Shown here one piece after another: positions 9,208-18,174 of a stretch of 44,822 nt of DNA; position 1 is the stretch's first letter; every line of letters starts with the position of its first letter. The stretch covers positions 19,275 through 64,096 of the forward strand of contig CALQZH010000001.1 in assembly GCA_943349395.1 (NCBI GenBank), read 5' to 3'. The notes under the pieces were generated by a model. That model worked only from the letters and a program-made list of their open reading frames with translations, did no database searches and was not told the origin of the DNA. The position numbers and the translations under genes are program-made. This stretch comes from Parcubacteria group bacterium (GTDB lineage Bacteria > Patescibacteriota > Minisyncoccia > UBA6257 > UBA11618).

Positions 9208-9312
9208 ATGGTTTGATCGTACTCCCGTCAGAACCTATCTCGCAATGCGCATGAAAAAACCGTCGGGAGGGGGCGAGCCCCCTCGGGACGGTTCGGATTG
9301 GTCCGGGTTCCC

Positions 9313-10040
9313 TCACGCGCTCGCGCGTTCGGGCACGTCAGCGTCCGCATGCGACATGCGGAGCCAGTCGTCAGAGCCCCAGCCTTCGAGCGCGAAGCCG
9401 AGCTTGTGCGCCACGCGCGATGTGATCGACCGTATGCTCGACGCCGATAGGCCGAATAGTCCTGCAATTTCATCGACATGCCGGTACGGGGGATAGCCAT
9501 TGAGGCATAGCCGCCGTTCGAATATTTCCCGGTCCCGATCGGAGATTCGCAGGTCGCGGAGCGTTGCGAGGTAGCGTGCATGGAGCGCCTCCTCGGTGCA
9601 GGTGTTCTCTTTGGCGAGAAGCCGCTCGAGGGGAGTGGGGCCCGGGAAGCACGGATCGACCGTGAACGCCTCCCCGCTCTTGGCATTCGTGGCGACGGTC
9701 TCGGAGACGACGCGCGATCCCGCTTTTGCCACGAGGCAGTCGCGTACTTTGGGGACCGCTACCTCGATGCCCTTGGCGATTTCCTCGATGGAGGGCGATA
9801 TGCCGTGCGTACGGAGAAAAAGGCTTTGAAAGCGCTCTATTTTTCCATAAAGGTTATATTGCCATCGAGCTCTGCGGATATCTTGCCCGGAGTAGATGAT
9901 CCCGTCCTTAATGGCCTGGCGCACGAGGCGCGCGGCGTACGGGTGAAAGGGACCTTCTTCGGGGTTGAATGTCTCGATGGCATTCATAAGGCCAAAGACG
10001 CCTTCGTCCGTGAGGTCGTCGATGTCGAAGTTTGAGCAGC
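9313..10040 (-). pseudogene. N-terminally truncated divergent group 1-3 sigma-70 factor
   Basis: The frame extends upstream of the track start as ...NFDIDDLTDEGVFGLMNAIETFNPEEGPFHPYAARLVRQAI (region 2.2-2.4), then PSIEEIAKGI (region 3) and DREIFERR...DEIAGLFGLSASSIRSI (region 4). Further upstream it hits an in-frame TGA near 10055 with no start codon. Confidence 0.7.
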
Positions 10041-11089
10041 AAGCGACGCCGACTCAAATGGCTGGAAGGGCAATCGAAGGCGCGGCAACTATCGGAACCT
10101 TCGGCGCTGGGCAACCGGCTGGATTCGCTGGTAAGGTCGCGCTTAACTCTGGTCTTGGAGGAGTGGTTGGAGCGGCTCAAGGAATGGAGGAAGGAAAGAC
10201 GCCGAAAGAAATAGCTTCACAGGCGGCATTAGGTGCTGCAGGAGGGGCTTTAATACCCGTTGCTGGGAAAGCGATTGAAATGACTAAAAATGGGCTAACG
10301 GAAGTATTACCGAAAAGCCTTATTAAGGCTTATTTCCCAAGCGAAAAGGACATTAGTGAGCACTTAATCAAGAATACGAAGCTTGGATTCACGAAGACGA
10401 TGCTTTCGAATGCAAAAGACAATGTAGGGAGCCTCTCTAAGGAAATAAATGAAATCCTTGAAAGTAACCCCGATATTTTCATTGATAAAAATAAGCTATT
10501 GAAAAGCGTCGCGCAATCTTATGGGCAAACCGGCGGTGGCGGAACCATTAAAAGTTCTGAAGTAATAAAGTTAATTCAAAGAATAGCACCGGATTCCAAG
10601 GGCTTGCTTTTACGGGACTCTTTAAGCCTTAAGGACGCGAATAGACTTCGAATGGCGATAGATAAGGCACTTGGGGATAGATTTTTCCTTGCAAAGCACA
10701 GCCCCTTTGCGAAGGAAGTTGCCGGTAATTTCAATTCCTTTTTAAGGGAAACCGTTAAGAGTAATGCGCCTAAAACGATACCTATTTTTGACGAACTTTC
10801 AAAGGAAATAAATGTGAGAAATGCCCTCCAAAAATCCATTAAAAAGTTCGGACGCGTTAATTTAAGGGACTTAATCTCGATTGTAACCGGCGCAACAGCC
10901 GGTGCTACGCAGGGTGTTTTCGGTGCGATGGCGGGCGCGGCGGGCGGTGTCGTCGGTGAAAGGGTCTTGACTAGTCCGTCGGTAGGACTCGGTGTCGCAA
11001 AGGGACTGTCTCAGCTCGGTCGAGTTTCCATACCAAAAGCCGGTAAGGATATCGTGAGATTCGGGGTTATGAAGGCTATCTCTCAATAA
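10021..11089 (+). pseudogene. Low-GC phage-like virion/ejection-type protein fragment
   Basis: Abrupt GC drop near 10040; Gly/Ala-rich GAAGG segments flank a Lys-rich helical core; the 5' end overlaps antisense sigma sequence, so it is probably N-truncated. Confidence 0.5.
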
Positions 11090-11144
11090 AAACGAAGATA
11101 ATACCCACCATGGCCCCGATGATAATACCTGCTAAGAAACCCAT
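11076..11144 (-). CDS. Possible 22-aa hydrophobic peptide
   Basis: MGFLAGIIIGAMVGIIFVFIER, convergent with and overlapping the end of the phage-like gene. Confidence 0.25.
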   Translation of the reverse strand: MGFLAGIIIGAMVGIIFVFIER

Positions 11145-11318
11145 AAATCGGTTAGTGTCAATTTTATCATAACCGAACGGAAAATGCAAAAATGGATTTT
11201 CTGACTATCGTAAAGACGTTTGCTAGTGATACCCAGGGAGGGGTTATGTTAATTCTATCGGTCGCTCTTTTTTCTTGCATACAGTATCTTTTGAATAAGC
11301 ATCAGACTCTACGCGCAT

Positions 11319-11350
11319 AAAAAACTCCGGGAGGCTGGGACCTCCCGGAG
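11319..11350 (-). terminator. purM terminator
   Basis: CTCCGGGAGG / CCTCCCGGAG stem plus U6 on the minus strand. Confidence 0.75.
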
Positions 11351-11376
11351 CGGTACTTGGAGCGAGATTCTCAGGG

Positions 11377-12483
11377 TCATCGGACTGCCAGCGTCTCCCC
11401 GGAATATTCGAGGTTTTTAGGCTCGATGACGACTTTCTTCTCGCCGTTCTCGATGTGTCCTGCGACCAGGGCTCCGAGATGGAGTTTGCGGGCGACATCG
11501 AGGACTGTCTCCGCATCGCCCTTTTCGACATAGAGCGCGAAACCCGCGCCCATGTTGAGATTGCCGAATGCCTCCCGATCATCGACTGGCCCATGCTCTT
11601 GCAGGAAATCGAAGATCGGAAGCTGTTTCGGCAGCCGTTCGATGATATACGCGAACGGCTGGGTCGCGCGCATGAGCTTGCGCCAGCCGTGGCCGGTGAT
11701 ATTGACCGCGTAGTGAATGTCCACGCCGCGATCGAGACAGTCTTCGACGAGTCCGACATAGATAAGCGTCGGATCGAGAAGCGTCTCGCCGTAGGATCGG
11801 CCATCGCTGAGTTCCGTTCGGTAGCCCTGCGGCAGTGTGTCGGCGATTGTCCGTGCGAGGGTGAGCCCGTTCGCATGGATGCCCGAGCTCTCAATGATCA
11901 CGATCGCGTCCCCATGCGTGATGGTGCCGGTGATCAGGCGGGCTTTCGGCTTCACGATGCCGATTGCCGAGCCGGAGAGCACGACGGCTTCCGGCGTGAC
12001 GACTCCCTTGAGCGTAGGCGTTTCGCCGCCGCCCCAGGCGCATCGTGCCATGGTGCAGGCCCTCTTCCAGCCGAGAATGAGATCGTCCGAGCGCTTCTCG
12101 TCCTTGAACCAGTCAGATGAGCCGACCGCGAGATGCATCGCCACCGAGAGCGGATGCGCTCCCACGGTGATGAGATCGTTCACGATCATGGCGACGGTAT
12201 CTTGGGCGATCCGGTCGTAATGCGATATGCCGGTAAGGGCGTACATCGCGTCGGCAACAAGGTTCTTCGTGCCGAGTCCCTCTTCGACGTGGGCAAGGTA
12301 GCTGTCGAGCGTCTCGATGAGGTAGGCGCTCTCTCCGCGACTCGCTTCGAGTTCTCGGAACTCGCCGCCGTTGAGGCGGGCGATGTTGCGTGCCGTCTCT
12401 CGCGCCGCCAATTGGCACGCTTTCTTGAACGGGTCCATAGCGCCGTAAATTACGCCGGTATCGGCGTAGGTCATCGTGATCAT
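11377..12483 (-). CDS. purM: Phosphoribosylformylglycinamidine cyclo-ligase (AIR synthase)
   Basis: TYADTGV, EGLGTK, AMIVNDL, GGETP, SSGIHANG, NITGHG and LNMGAG motifs. Confidence 0.9.
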   Translation of the reverse strand: MITMTYADTGVIYGAMDPFKKACQLAARETARNIARLNGGEFRELEASRGESAYLIETLDSYLAHVEEGLGTKNLVADAMYALTGISHYDRIAQDTVAMIVNDLITVGAHPLSVAMHLAVGSSDWFKDEKRSDDLILGWKRACTMARCAWGGGETPTLKGVVTPEAVVLSGSAIGIVKPKARLITGTITHGDAIVIIESSGIHANGLTLARTIADTLPQGYRTELSDGRSYGETLLDPTLIYVGLVEDCLDRGVDIHYAVNITGHGWRKLMRATQPFAYIIERLPKQLPIFDFLQEHGPVDDREAFGNLNMGAGFALYVEKGDAETVLDVARKLHLGALVAGHIENGEKKVVIEPKNLEYSGETLAVR

Positions 12484-12682
12484 GTTCGGATCCTTTCGGA
12501 TGGTGGTTAGGGAATCAAAGGACGGGGCTATGATGCCATGGTTAGAAGGAGTTGGCAATGAATGTGGAGGGGGCGGGATCTTGGGCTTGTTATGTGATGA
12601 GGCGATCTATCGATTGATGCGGATAATTTCGAAAGTGGTATGATGGGATCGTTAATAATAGGTTAAAATCATCGATGAACGC

Positions 12683-13150
12683 ATGAAAGATAAGATCACT
12701 GTATTTTTTTGGTTTGATAGGGATTTGAAGGAGGTGGTTGCATACTACCGGGACATCCTTAATAAGGGTGGAAAAGCATATTTCGAGGAAGTCGCATATA
12801 ACCTGATGTCTGATGTGCCGGGGCAGAAAGTCGAATTGGCTACGGTAAGGATCTTCGGGAGCGCCTATCACTTCATGGGGGCACGACGTCATGTTGATTT
12901 TAATGAATCCGTATCTTTGATGATTACTACCGAAGACCAGGCAGAAACGGATTATTATTGGGACGCGTTCACAAAAGAAGGTAAGGAAATCGAGTGTGGT
13001 TGGTGCAGGGATAAGTACGGATTATCCTGGCAGATAACCCCTAGAAAGCTATTAGAGCTGAACACAAGCAAGGATAAGGATGTGGCACGGTATGCCATGC
13101 AACAAATGATGAAGATGAAGAAGATCGTCATTAAAGATCTAGAGAGGTAG
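12683..13150 (+). CDS. VOC/PhnB-like (3-demethylubiquinone methyltransferase domain) protein, low GC
   Basis: FNESVSL...DQAETDYYWDA...CGWCRDKYGLSWQI...MMKMKKI motifs. Confidence 0.88.
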   Translation: MKDKITVFFWFDRDLKEVVAYYRDILNKGGKAYFEEVAYNLMSDVPGQKVELATVRIFGSAYHFMGARRHVDFNESVSLMITTEDQAETDYYWDAFTKEGKEIECGWCRDKYGLSWQITPRKLLELNTSKDKDVARYAMQQMMKMKKIVIKDLER

Positions 13151-13160
13151 CTGTCGTCGA

Positions 13161-13284
13161 GGAAGATGGGATTCGCCTGCCGCGGTGGGACCTTACAAAT
13201 GGAGGGTGGGATTCGCCCCTTCGCCGCCTATGCGGCTCGGAATCTTCGGCTCCTATTAGGAGCCTGCGACCCGCGGTTCGAATC
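13161..13284 (-). repeat. tRNA-Ser-associated palindromic element S1 (13205-13284) plus end remnant (13161-13177)
   Basis: Minus strand GATTCGAACC...GGCGAATCCCACC; near-identical to the unit at 32448-32526. Confidence 0.8.
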
Positions 13285-13293
13285 AGCACCCAC

Positions 13294-13336
13294 CACTAAC
13301 AAAAGAGATGCCGTGAAGGCATCTCTTTTGTTAGTG
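13294..13336 (-). terminator. 19-bp perfect hairpin directly after tRNA-Ser
   Basis: CACTAACAAAAGAGATGCC-gtgaa-GGCATCTCTTTTGTTAGTG. Confidence 0.75.
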
Positions 13337-13420
13337 CGGAGGAGGTGGGATTCGAACCCACGAGACCCTTTCGAGTCGAGGATTAGCAATCCTCTGCCTT
13401 GACCGCTAGGCTACTCCTCC
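13337..13420 (-). tRNA. tRNA-Ser(GCT)
   Basis: GGAGGAG acceptor, anticodon arm GAGGA-TTGCTAA-TCCTC, long variable arm, GGTTCGAATCC T-arm, G73. Confidence 0.95.
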
Positions 13421-13451
13421 AGTCCTGCCTAGTATATCCCGATTATCGAGC

Positions 13452-13973
13452 TTGATCAAACGCCGGCCTATCCCCTATCATCCGCGTCATATGGTCGCCA
13501 TCCTCCATAATATCCGGAGCGCGCACAACGTCGCCTCGATATTCCGCACCGCGGACGGCGCGGGAGTCCAGAAGCTCTATCTCTGCGGCATAACGCCGGG
13601 ACCGCTCGATGTCTTCGGCCGCAACCGGGAAGACTTCGCGAAGGTGGCGCTCGGTGCCGAAAAGGCGGTGTCGTTCGAGAAAGTCGCGCGCACTGCGGAC
13701 TGCATTAGGCGTCTCAAGGCCGCGGGCTACTTCGTATGCGCGCTCGAGCTCGCTCCAGGCGCGGTCCCCTACTGCGATGCAGTCTTCTTGAAGGCGCATG
13801 CGGGAAAGATCGCGATCGTAGTGGGCCACGAGACAGAGGGCATCCCGAAGCGGATTCTCGCGCGGTGTGACGCCGTCGTTTCGATCCCCATGCGCGGCAT
13901 GAAGGAATCGCTCAATGTCTCCGTGGCCTTCGGTGTGATCGCTTTCGAAATGGCCCGTTATCGGTTATCGTGA
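13452..13973 (+). CDS. TrmH/SpoU-family RNA methyltransferase
   Basis: NIRSAHNVASIFRTAD, VGHETEGI and IPMRGMKESLNVSVA motifs. Confidence 0.92.
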   Translation: MIKRRPIPYHPRHMVAILHNIRSAHNVASIFRTADGAGVQKLYLCGITPGPLDVFGRNREDFAKVALGAEKAVSFEKVARTADCIRRLKAAGYFVCALELAPGAVPYCDAVFLKAHAGKIAIVVGHETEGIPKRILARCDAVVSIPMRGMKESLNVSVAFGVIAFEMARYRLS

Positions 13974-15616
13974 CTTTATCTAATAAGCTAACGAAGCTAA
14001 CAGCTAAAGAAGCTAGTATCATGTTCGGCCTGGAGAAAATCGCGTCGAAAATAGAGATCCCGCCCGAGGGCGTGGGAGCCGACTTGGCCATCCCCTGCTT
14101 CCGGGAGGATCCCGAAGCGACGGCCGAAAAAATCCGCGCCTTGAAGAACCCGCTTTTCAGGGAGGTGGTCGTGAAGGGGCGCTACGTGAACGTCTCGTTC
14201 GACTGCGCCGTCTTGGCACCGCTCGTGCTCGCGGAGGTCGCGGCGAAGAAAGACGCGTATGGCTGGAACGACAGCGGTGGGGGAAAGAAGGTGATGATCG
14301 AGTACTCGGCCCCGAATATCGCGAAGCCCATGCATATGGGCCACGCGCGCAACAACGCGATCGGCCACGCGCTCGTTAACCTCTACCGCGCGAACGGCTA
14401 CGAGGTGATCACGACGAACCACTACGGCGACTGGGGTATGTCTTTGGCGAAGATCATGCTCGCGTACGGCAAGTGGGGAAATCGCGCGGAATTCGACAAG
14501 GACCCGGTCCGGCACCTGCTTGGCCTCTACGTGCGGATGACGAAGGAATCTGCGGATAACCCGGCGCTCGAAGACGAGGCGCGCGCGCTGTTCAGGAAGC
14601 TCGAGGGCGGCGACCGGGGGCTCCATGCGACGTGGCAGGAGTTCCGCGACGTGAGCGTCGCGAACTTCGAGCGGATGTACGGCCTCCTCGGGATCTCCTT
14701 CGACGTGAAGAACGGGGAGAGCTTCTATACGGAATTCATCCCTAGGGCGATCGAGGAGGCGCTCGCGAAAGGCGCGGCGCACTACGGCGAGGCGGCGGAA
14801 GGCGGCGAGGGAAAGCCCGTCGCCGTGAATCTCGATGCGTGGAAGCTCCCCTCATTCCTATTGCAGAAGAGCGACGGCGCGTCGCTCTATGGCGCCCGCG
14901 ACATCGCGGTCGTGAAGTGGCGGCTCGAGCACTATGACGTGGAGAAGATCGTCTACGTCGTGGGGCACGAGCAGGAGCTCTACCTGAAGCAGATTTTCAA
15001 GACGATGGGGCTCATGGGCTACCCGGAGGAGAAGCTCGCGCACGTGAGCTATGGCATGGTGACTCAGGGCGGCAAGAAGATCTCGACGCGCACGGGCAAT
15101 ATCGTGTTCCTCGAGGACGGCTTCGAGGACGCAATCGCGCGCGCGAAGGGAATAAAAGAGGTGGGCATCGGCGCGATCATCTATAATATGCTTTCGATGG
15201 GCCGGGAGCACGACATCGCGTTCTCGTGGGACGCGGCGATGAGCGTTCAGGGCAATAGCGCGCCTTATATCCAGTACGCGTACGTGCGCGCGAAGGCCAT
15301 CCTCGAGAAGGCCGATGCCCCCGCTCCCCTGCCAGCGCCCTACACGCACCCAGTCCTCGAGCGCGAGGCGGCGCTCTTGAAACTCGTCGCGCATTTCCCG
15401 GGGGTTGTGTGGCAGGCGCACGCGCTCGAGGCGCCGCACCTCATAGCGACATTCCTGAACGCCTTCGCGCAGGAGTTCAACCGCTTCTACGCCTCGGTGC
15501 CGGTATTGGAAGATGGTGAGGGTCGCGATCTGCGCCTCGCGCTCGTCGCGGCTTCGGCACAAGTTATCAAAAACGGCCTCTGGCTCCTTGGCATTGCCGT
15601 GCCGGAGCGGATGTAA
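13970..15616 (+). CDS. argS: Arginine--tRNA ligase
   Basis: EYSAPNIAKPMHMGH (HIGH motif), KISTRTG, GNSAPYIQYAYVR, C-terminal PERM; start may be the ATG at 14021. Confidence 0.96.
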   Translation: MTLSNKLTKLTAKEASIMFGLEKIASKIEIPPEGVGADLAIPCFREDPEATAEKIRALKNPLFREVVVKGRYVNVSFDCAVLAPLVLAEVAAKKDAYGWNDSGGGKKVMIEYSAPNIAKPMHMGHARNNAIGHALVNLYRANGYEVITTNHYGDWGMSLAKIMLAYGKWGNRAEFDKDPVRHLLGLYVRMTKESADNPALEDEARALFRKLEGGDRGLHATWQEFRDVSVANFERMYGLLGISFDVKNGESFYTEFIPRAIEEALAKGAAHYGEAAEGGEGKPVAVNLDAWKLPSFLLQKSDGASLYGARDIAVVKWRLEHYDVEKIVYVVGHEQELYLKQIFKTMGLMGYPEEKLAHVSYGMVTQGGKKISTRTGNIVFLEDGFEDAIARAKGIKEVGIGAIIYNMLSMGREHDIAFSWDAAMSVQGNSAPYIQYAYVRAKAILEKADAPAPLPAPYTHPVLEREAALLKLVAHFPGVVWQAHALEAPHLIATFLNAFAQEFNRFYASVPVLEDGEGRDLRLALVAASAQVIKNGLWLLGIAVPERM

Positions 15617-16047
15617 TACATTTATTTTTGTTGTGGGGTAGATGGAGGCGGACGAGATGCTGGCCAAGCTGGCAATCTTAGGTGGCCTTTCGAAGCCCCA
15701 AACACCCTCCGTGCTGACCATGGCAGTTCACGGAGGGATGTTTTTATATGACGCGAAGGAATACTTGCGGTTCCTAATAGGATGTGTTACTATATCATCG
15801 GTTTCAGAAGAGGCGGTCGATTGTTCCTTCATGGCGTAAGATACTGGTATCTTCCTAAGAACTTTGCGGACACCCTTTTTGCGGTAGTCATGGGAAGCTG
15901 CCTGAAGGCATTGGCTGTCCTATTCGCCCCGGCTCGCATGAGAGAGCGAGTTCGGGGTTATTTTTTTGCCTGTTTTGACACGGTATTCAGGATGGCGTTA
16001 TATGAGTGGGTTCATTGAATTCCCAATACCTCGAAAGGAGGTGTGTT

Positions 16048-16743
16048 ATGGGCTTCTCGGCCCGTTTGCTTATCGTGTATCCCGATCCGCCGAAGGAGGG
16101 CATTCCCGTATGGAGGTCCCACGAAGTCATTGATTTCGGGGAAATTACCCGCTTGGAAAAGCTCACGGGCGAGGCGGGCGGAAGCCCGTACAATCCCAAT
16201 GGGCATGTGCGGGCGGGAATATGCGCCATGCGCATGATGCTTGAGCGCCTATGGCCTCGCGCGGAGAATCCGCGCCGCGAATGGTTCGCGCCGGATATCC
16301 TCGTGTATAGGGATAATTCGGGTATCGTCCAGGCACGTGCGGTGGCGGATGAGGCGGGCGCGAAAGAGTGTATCGATTGCGGCACGCGTAACCCGCAAAC
16401 GGATAGTATCTACGACGTGAGCGGGGGCAAGCGCTATCCGTCCCTGAAGCGCATCCGCGAGCACAATATTCTGATCTCGCTCGAGGATGGGGAATTATGG
16501 GAACGCCTCAAATCACGGCAGTACCATGTCATAAGCGATGCGCCGATCATGTGGGCGCCGTGTGCCGAGATTGCCCAGTGGATGAGGGAAGACGAGTTGG
16601 GAGGATCGGCCGCCTTCCTCGAAGCTGCGAAGGATAAGGTCTCGCTCGCGCGCGTGACGGGTTGGAGGAAATATTTGCGCGAAGTGGGCGCGGCAGATGC
16701 GCGAGCGCTCTTCCTCTTTCCGACCTGCGATCATGGGATGTGA
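16048..16743 (+). CDS. Hypothetical protein
   Basis: Strong SD (AAGGAGGT) before ATG 16048; one CxxC; followed by a terminator. Confidence 0.6.
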   Translation: MGFSARLLIVYPDPPKEGIPVWRSHEVIDFGEITRLEKLTGEAGGSPYNPNGHVRAGICAMRMMLERLWPRAENPRREWFAPDILVYRDNSGIVQARAVADEAGAKECIDCGTRNPQTDSIYDVSGGKRYPSLKRIREHNILISLEDGELWERLKSRQYHVISDAPIMWAPCAEIAQWMREDELGGSAAFLEAAKDKVSLARVTGWRKYLREVGAADARALFLFPTCDHGM

Positions 16744-16763
16744 GATATGTTCTAGTGCGCTGC

Positions 16764-16788
16764 GCCCCGTCGGATGACGGGGTTTTTT
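16764..16788 (+). terminator. Intrinsic terminator
   Basis: GCCCCGTC-ggat-GACGGGGT followed by a T-run. Confidence 0.75.
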
Positions 16789-16836
16789 CTATATGGATGC
16801 ATGCGGGAATTTGCAGTGCGGGGTATACTCATACGT

Positions 16837-17424
16837 ATGAAGGGTATCGCGAAGAAAGCTCGGATCAAGGACGAATTTTCGGTATTGGAGGCGCTCCATG
16901 CGAAGGGCGTTGCCGTGCCTCCCTTCGCGACCGACCTGCGGGATATCGGGGGCGTGGGGCTTCCGGCCTTCGTCATCGCGCGCGGCGGGGGCGGGGCGAC
17001 AAAGAAGGAAGCGGTCGCGCGGTACGGGGATATCGCCCCCGCGATCGCGAAAGCGTCGCGCGGCGGCGCGGAGGTGTTCGTGCAGAAGAGCGTTGCGGGG
17101 CACGAGATCGCCTGCGGCGTGATGCGCCATGAGCGGAAGTTGGTACCCCTCATGCCTATCGAGGCTATCCCCCGCGCGCGGCACGAGAGCGTGCCGTGGC
17201 ATCTCTCGGAGCGGCAGATCGGGCATGTGCAGGCGCTCGCGCTCGCGGCGCACAAGGCGCTCGGAATCGCCACGCACTCGTGCGTGCGGTGCGTCATGTC
17301 GGGGCAGGAGGCCTACGTGACGGCGGTCGAGCTCTCCCCTGCTCTCGCGCACGGGAGCCTGTTCGCGCATAGCGCTGCGGTCGTGGGCTTCACGCTCGCG
17401 GAACTCGAAAAATCATTATCATGA
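16837..17424 (+). CDS. Degenerate D-Ala-D-Ala ligase-like ATP-grasp C-terminal domain protein
   Basis: VFVQKSVAGHEIACGVM, AHKALG and P....SLF..SAAVVGFTLAEL align with the Ddl C-terminal half; catalytic residues are substituted. Confidence 0.6.
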   Translation: MKGIAKKARIKDEFSVLEALHAKGVAVPPFATDLRDIGGVGLPAFVIARGGGGATKKEAVARYGDIAPAIAKASRGGAEVFVQKSVAGHEIACGVMRHERKLVPLMPIEAIPRARHESVPWHLSERQIGHVQALALAAHKALGIATHSCVRCVMSGQEAYVTAVELSPALAHGSLFAHSAAVVGFTLAELEKSLS

Positions 17425-17858
17425 TCACCTGGTCATCCCCCGAATTCCACTATCACGAGAAGGACGAGGCGTGGCCCGTCATCGTGGTTTTGGCGGGCAT
17501 GGCGATCGCGGGCATATCGCTCTGGCAGCACAACTTCCTCTTCTTCGTGTTCACCTTGATCGCCACCGGCCTCGCGGTCGTGTGGGGAACCCGCCAGCCG
17601 CGGCACTTCGAATTCTCGCTCGAGAAGCGCGGCGTGCGCATAGACGGGAAGATCCATCCGTACCACGACTTCGACGGCTTCGCGATCGACAGCGGCACGC
17701 TCCAATTGAGCACGAGAAGCCTCCTGCATCCCCGTTTTTCCATACTGATCCCCGAGGAGCGCGCGGGCGACATCCACGGGCATCTCCTGGCATTTTTGCC
17801 CGAAATCGAGTATGATGAATCATTCATAGAGGCGCTCGGGCGCATCGCGCGCTTCTGA
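17421..17858 (+). CDS. Two-TM membrane protein with PH-like C-terminal domain
   Basis: ITWSSPEFHYHEK...W, 2 TMs, GVRIDGKIHPYHDF; ATGA overlap with the upstream gene. Confidence 0.75.
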   Translation: MITWSSPEFHYHEKDEAWPVIVVLAGMAIAGISLWQHNFLFFVFTLIATGLAVVWGTRQPRHFEFSLEKRGVRIDGKIHPYHDFDGFAIDSGTLQLSTRSLLHPRFSILIPEERAGDIHGHLLAFLPEIEYDESFIEALGRIARF

Positions 17859-17867
17859 TCGAAAGCC

Positions 17868-17939
17868 GTCCTCATAGCTCAATGGATAGAGTGTAGCCCT
17901 GCGAAGGCTGAGATTGTGGTTCGATTCCACATGGGGACA
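17868..17939 (+). tRNA. tRNA-Arg(GCG)
   Basis: GTCCTCA/TGGGGAC acceptor, TAGCC-CTGCGAA-GGCTG anticodon arm, GGTTCGATTCC T-arm. Confidence 0.93.
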
Positions 17940-18150
17940 CATATATCAAACGCCCCCTGCACAGGGGGCGTTTGATATATGCTTTCGTGGATATCGAACC
18001 AGACGGCGCCAATTTTTCCCAAGAGCGAGGCGATTGGATGAAAAATTGAGCGTTTCGACCCGCAGGGAGAGGCGATTCCACATGGGGACACACATAAACC
18101 AATACCCCTAACGAGGGGTATTGGTTTATGTGTCTATGGAATCGAACCAG
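17940..18150 (+). repeat. tRNA-Arg downstream module: hairpin, palindromic element A1, 20-bp tRNA 3' duplication, second hairpin, element left end
   Basis: Hairpin 17940-17981; TGGATATCGAACC...GGCGATTCCA at 17988-18080; CGATTCCACATGGGGACACA at 17922 and 18073; hairpin ~18090-18133; TGGAATCGAACC at 18137. Confidence 0.85.
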
Positions 18151-18174
18151 AATAGAACCCTTTTTAGGGGGTTT

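Noticed and set aside
11227-11254. dif site at the edge of the phage-like fragment
   Set aside because: TTATGTTAATT resembles a XerD arm, but the left arm (TGATACCCAGG) lacks the XerC-type ...ATAA.
13166-13402. Track ORFs over tRNAs or elements (also 17872-18111, 32442-32666, 43213-43476, 29593-29829)
   Set aside because: They overlap tRNA genes or repeat DNA and have no protein-like features.
13980-14016. AAGCTAA micro-repeats at the argS start
   Set aside because: Only four short degenerate copies; too little to assign a function.
15642-16018. Short ORFs after argS
   Set aside because: No motif or clear translation signal; more likely leader or degenerate DNA.
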